Shown here piece after piece: positions 62,925-64,000 of a DNA stretch of 64,000 nucleotides (positions are counted from its first letter, which is position 1; every line of letters starts with the position of its first letter). Both the position numbers and the translations under genes were made by a program. The DNA is from Eledone cirrhosa (lineage: Eukaryota). Where the stretch lies: the NCBI GenBank assembly GCA_964016885.1, contig OZ024743.1, forward strand, positions 153,946,001 to 154,010,000, given 5' to 3'. The notes under the pieces are model-generated. The model did not search any database. It was not told the DNA's origin and was given only the letters and a program-made list of their open reading frames with translations.

Positions 62925-63417
62925 ATTACATGTGAAGTTGATGAATGGGGAGCTTGTTGGTCGAATAATGGCACATAAGTAAGTGGAGTTGGTCTCAGTG
63001 AGTCGCGAGAAGCTATGCCATATTTTGTGGTGTGCAGTGACATGACCATGGGGAATATACTTTTCCAATATCACATGGATAAACATAAACAAATGAACAA
63101 GACACCGTCAATGTTAATGTTCTTATTTGTAACATGATTTACTTCGACATCATGTGCAGGAATAAACAACGGAAAAAGATATATGTATAGTTGTAGTGTA
63201 TCACGTGTGTAAAGGTAGTAATAGTTCACAGACTGATTTTTCCAAAGGAACACTAAATTATTTATTGATTTCCCTGCGTAGTAGAGGCACCGTTAGCCCT
63301 TCAACTAGAGAATGTTATCAAAGTTAGGGGTTTTGAGGATGTAGGTCAGTATTAAGAGAGTTGTGTGTGGCAGGTTAAGAAAAACCACCAGGGAAAAATG
63401 TGTCGAGATTTCGCTAC
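61428..63417 (+). repeat. Diverged direct duplication: 61428-62030 and 62978-63417
   Basis: Shared blocks, e.g. ATGGATAAACATAAACAAATGAACAAGACACCGTCAA and GGTCAGTATTAAGA/GATCAGTATTAAGA. The second copy lacks ~150 bp. Confidence 0.8.
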
Positions 63418-63768
63418 ATGGTGATACATGGTTGTTTCAAGGTCTATCTCTTAGGCCATATATTGTGTGAGTTTCTTAGCAATAGTTAATTGTATTTTCA
63501 TTCTGAAAGAATTGTGAAAATGTGTAATGTTAATTCTGCTGGACACACGAGCAGAAAGACGTGTATTTTATTTTTCCTGCCGGCAGCATATCACAAAATC
63601 GAATTTCATCTGAGGATACCGTTCTCATAACAACAAATGCATGAATTACAGCTTGATTGCATGGGAGAACCGTTGAAACAATTATAATGAATAAACAATT
63701 TTTGTAACGTCAGCATCTTTATTAATGTTATAATATATATATATAATAACATTAATAAAGATGCTAAA

Positions 63769-63957
63769 GGGTGGTGAATTGGCAGTATCGGTAGAGGGTT
63801 GGACGCCATGCTTTATAGCATTGTTACGTCCCTTTACATTCTGAGTTCAAATCCCGCCGAGGTTAACTTTGCCTTTCATCCTTACGGGGTCGATAAAATA
63901 AAGTACCAGTAATGTACTGGGTAATTGCTGGCCTTGTGGCTAAAGTAGAAACAATTA
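63769..63957 (+). mobile_element. tRNA-derived SINE
   Basis: Same family as the copies at 57619 and 59149. Confidence 0.85.
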
Positions 63958-64000
63958 TATATATATATATATATAGTAAACAGAAATAACAAAAATAACA

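Overview
This is repeat-dominated animal (eukaryotic) DNA. The tRNA-derived SINE family, the (TA)n/(CA)n/(GA)n microsatellites and the AT-rich background point to an octopus-like coleoid cephalopod (inference from remembered repeat sequence, not searched). I found no convincing host protein-coding gene. The first ~21 kb is an ordered nest of non-LTR retrotransposons separated by (TAA)n tracts: three Tx1/L1-clade elements (APE endonuclease + RT), all on the minus strand, alternate with four Dong/R4-clade elements or fragments (RT + CCHC + restriction-like endonuclease), all on the plus strand. The remainder holds Helitron derivatives (one containing a CRE-type retrotransposon fragment), long palindromes carrying minimal hammerhead ribozyme motifs inside (TA)n tracts (Penelope-like), decayed CR1, RTE, Dong, hAT and mariner elements, a TTAA-flanked MITE, SINEs and local duplications. 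The best leads are the strand-polarised (TAA)n co-targeting by two unrelated retrotransposon clades, a shared in-frame UAG in two Tx1 ORF2 copies, a covarying UUCG hairpin in the Tx1 5' UTR, and the hammerhead palindromes. Boundaries and identities were read by eye and are approximate unless exact sequence is quoted.
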